From positions 1 through 64,000 of the forward strand of contig JAUWOR010000008.1 in NCBI GenBank assembly GCA_030612025.1: a DNA stretch of 64,000 bases, written 5' to 3'. Each line of letters opens with the position of its first letter. The stretch's first letter is position 1. This DNA comes from Dehalococcoidia bacterium. Lineage in GTDB: Bacteria > Chloroflexota > Dehalococcoidia > GIF9 > AB-539-J10. A program made the translations under genes and the position numbers. The notes beneath the pieces were generated by a model, which saw nothing but the letters and a program-made list of their open reading frames with translations, was not told the DNA's origin and did no database searches. Below, piece after piece: positions 61,446-64,000 of the stretch.

Positions 61446-63155
61446 TTACAAGATCAGGTTCTGCAGGCTACCCACGGTCAGTGCCGCGGCTACCATTATT
61501 CCCGTAGCTTTAAGGGTGTCTCTTGTCCGTAGCTCTCGAGCCAGTATCACAAAGGTAGCCACACAAGGGAAAAACATAGCTAGGACCGTACTGCTGATAA
61601 CCAGCTGCTTAGCAGTTAATGCTAAGGGAGCTAGCATGCCCATAGCCACGTCCTTACGCAAAAAGCCAATAACTAGGGCAACAACTGTTTCCTTGGGCAA
61701 CCCCAGCAACTCGCTCACAATCGGGGCAGCAATATTAGCAATAGCATCGAAAACCCCTAAAGCATAGAGAATATTTACCACCAGCACAGTGCTAAGAACT
61801 ATGGGCAAAGCTTCTTTGATAAAGCCGGAGACCCGCAGCCAAAGCTTCTCACCGATGACTCGCCACGGCGGCAAGCGATAGGGCGGAATTTCCACCAGAA
61901 GTTCCGGGCTGAAACCCTTGACAATGCGATTAAGGATAAGCCCTATGATAACCCAAGATGCAAACAGGCTACCGTAGACCATAGCTACGTACTGTCCACC
62001 TTGCTGCCCCACCAGTCCTATTATCATAGCTTGCAACGCTGCGCATGGAACGCCAATAGAAATCAAAGTAGCCGCAATAAACCTTTGTCTACGGCTCTCC
62101 AAAATACGGGTTGCCATAACCGCAGGCACATTGCATCCAAAGCCGAGGATAGTAGGGATGATGGCATAACCGTGTAGCCCCAACCTGTGCATTAGGGTAT
62201 CCATCAATACTGCTAAACGGGGTAGGTAACCAACATCTTCCAGTATTCCTAACGCCAGGTAAAAAGAGACGATATACGGTAACACCGCACCAAGAGGGAT
62301 GTAAAATCCAGTGCTAAGCAAACCAAAGGATTGAAAATAGTCAATTTCCCCAGCAATAAGGTTGCCTATCAAGACACTGTGCCAGAAACCTCCTGACCCT
62401 AAAGCAAGGCTCACTTTCATTAGCAAAGGGGTCCATAGCCACTCGAAAAGAGGGTCGGTCACGTAACCAATGATACTCTCACCAATAAGGCGGATGACCC
62501 AAAAGGTGGCAAGGAGAACCACCAGGGCGATGAAAACTCCGCCCACCGGATGATCGCTGACGTCTTCCAGAACATCACGCCAGGTATGGTGGTGATGGCT
62601 TAACGATTGCACTTGACTGACGATATTGCCAACTCTTGCCCATCGTTCATCACTACCAGAATAAGTAGTTTTAGGCACCTTCGCTTCTGGAAGACGCCTG
62701 ACTAACCCCTTTATTCCTTGCCCGGTTACCCCTACTGTGGGGACAACTGGCACCCCGAGAAGTTCTTCTAGCTTGGCAACATCGATATTTATGCCTCGGT
62801 GACGAGTATCGTCCCAAATATTGAGGGCAACTATTACCGGTACTTGTCTTTCCAGCAGCTGCAAGGTGAGATTGAGGTTTCTCTCCAAATTGGTGGCATC
62901 AACAACATCGATGACTAAATCCCCGTCTTTAAGCATCTCCACAGCCACCTCTTCCGCCTTACTAGTCGGCTCAAGAGTATAGGTGCCAGGCACATCGATA
63001 ACTTCAGCTTGCTCTTCACCCAGTTTCAAATGACCCTTGGTGAACTGCACCGTGGTGCCGGGATAATTGGAAGCGATTATGTGTATACCAGTAAGCCGGG
63101 AAAACAGGGCGCTTTTGCCCACATTAGGATTACCCACAAGTAGGATTCGCATCAT
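61446..63155 (-). CDS. feoB: Ferrous iron transporter FeoB
   Basis: GNPNVGKS, NYPGTTV, DVPGTY, DATNLERNL, GFGCNVPA. Confidence 0.95.
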   Translation of the reverse strand: MMRILLVGNPNVGKSALFSRLTGIHIIASNYPGTTVQFTKGHLKLGEEQAEVIDVPGTYTLEPTSKAEEVAVEMLKDGDLVIDVVDATNLERNLNLTLQLLERQVPVIVALNIWDDTRHRGINIDVAKLEELLGVPVVPTVGVTGQGIKGLVRRLPEAKVPKTTYSGSDERWARVGNIVSQVQSLSHHHHTWRDVLEDVSDHPVGGVFIALVVLLATFWVIRLIGESIIGYVTDPLFEWLWTPLLMKVSLALGSGGFWHSVLIGNLIAGEIDYFQSFGLLSTGFYIPLGAVLPYIVSFYLALGILEDVGYLPRLAVLMDTLMHRLGLHGYAIIPTILGFGCNVPAVMATRILESRRQRFIAATLISIGVPCAALQAMIIGLVGQQGGQYVAMVYGSLFASWVIIGLILNRIVKGFSPELLVEIPPYRLPPWRVIGEKLWLRVSGFIKEALPIVLSTVLVVNILYALGVFDAIANIAAPIVSELLGLPKETVVALVIGFLRKDVAMGMLAPLALTAKQLVISSTVLAMFFPCVATFVILARELRTRDTLKATGIMVAAALTVGSLQNLIL

Positions 63156-63182
63156 CTCCTAACAAAGTTCCCAGGCAGATAT

Positions 63183-63431
63183 TTATCCAACCTCGACTAT
63201 TATTCTGTTAGCCATGCCAAAGCCAATAGCTAGCTGGGCATTATCCACCCTGAGAGTAACCGGCCCGCGAAAAAGAGTAGAACTTACTTTAGTCACCTTC
63301 TTCCCCGGCCTGATATCCAAAGCCTCCAGCCGCCGCATTAAGCCTCGCCCCCCCAGAATTCCAATTACAGTTCCAGTCTGTCCAATTTCCATCTGGCGCA
63401 AGGTCAATTGTCTCCCTTGGTGAATAGTCAT
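63183..63431 (-). CDS. feoA: FeoA
   Basis: RRLEALDIRPG..GPV..AIGFGMA; upstream of feoB. Confidence 0.92.
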   Translation of the reverse strand: MTIHQGRQLTLRQMEIGQTGTVIGILGGRGLMRRLEALDIRPGKKVTKVSSTLFRGPVTLRVDNAQLAIGFGMANRIIVEVG

Positions 63432-63614
63432 AATTTATCCCCTATCTCTGAAATGTCTTAACAAGGCCTCCCAAATAGCAGTCTTAGTTCTTCTAAATGC
63501 AGTCAGCCTACTTCGTGATTCTTTCTTATCTTGAATACTATGGTGAAAAACATATTGGCAACTACTCAATACCCTGAATCACTAATACATTGGATTTGCC
63601 AAAACAAAATTTTG

Positions 63615-63632
63615 AGTTAGTCTTGTCTAACT
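63615..63632. promoter_or_regulatory. Probable DtxR/MntR box
   Basis: AGTTAG-TCTTGT-CTAACT palindrome between the regulator gene and feoA. Confidence 0.6.
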
Positions 63633-63649
63633 TACACATATCAAAATTT

Positions 63650-64000
63650 TTACTTTCTCCTCTCCTCCTTCTCCAAACCCTTAGCCAGACACTCTTCAGG
63701 AAGCTGTCCATGCTCCAGATAATATTTATACCTTTTTGGGAAGTTAGGCTCTTCTAAGGGACATGCTTGTATAAACTCTATGAACTTAATCATCCTCTCC
63801 AGACTTAGCGGGCTAATGACGTGCTCAATCTTGCAGGCATCCTCCTCAGCCGTTTCCCGATCAATGTCCAGCGCCTCAGTAAAAAAGCAGCTCAGTGCTT
63901 CATGACGGTGAACCACACCCTCAGCAACACTTTCACCCTCAGGAGTAAGCTCCACGTATCTATATCTCTCGTGCACCACAAGCCCCTTCTCTGAAAGCTT
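63650..64000 (-). CDS. DtxR/MntR metal-dependent regulator (5' end outside window)
   Basis: LTPEGE..RHEAL..F..L..AEEDACKIEH. Confidence 0.9.
   Translation of the reverse strand, partial: KLSEKGLVVHERYRYVELTPEGESVAEGVVHRHEALSCFFTEALDIDRETAEEDACKIEHVISPLSLERMIKFIEFIQACPLEEPNFPKRYKYYLEHGQLPEECLAKGLEKEERRK

Overview
Bacterial chromosomal window; gene content and style suggest Chloroflexota/Dehalococcoidia (inference). Core blocks: a group 3b-type [NiFe]-hydrogenase with hypF/C/D/E and acpS; comM (YifB); the tRNA-tuf-rpmG-secE-nusG-rplKAJL cluster; ten tRNAs; metabolic genes; and a feoAB/DtxR locus. Three accessory regions stand out. (1) A defence island (8.7-16.1 kb) with a Type IIG restriction-modification gene, two HEPN-like genes and HicA plus a HicB-LuxR fusion, bracketed by a duplicated comM promoter. 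(2) The best candidate for a new system: a 24.9-33.8 kb region divided by four copies of a hybrid site, half comM 'NPCPCG' codons and half a constant non-comM arm, plus one complementary site carrying the comM 3' half. The modules between the sites hold cargo genes and integron-type attC cassettes, and no recombinase or integron integrase is present. (3) A 4.9-kb integrase-less element at tRNA-Lys(CTT) with att duplication and arm repeats. Palindromic miniature repeats are common, and some lie in frame inside hypF, hypD and a response regulator. All calls come from reading the sequence by eye; no database searches were run.
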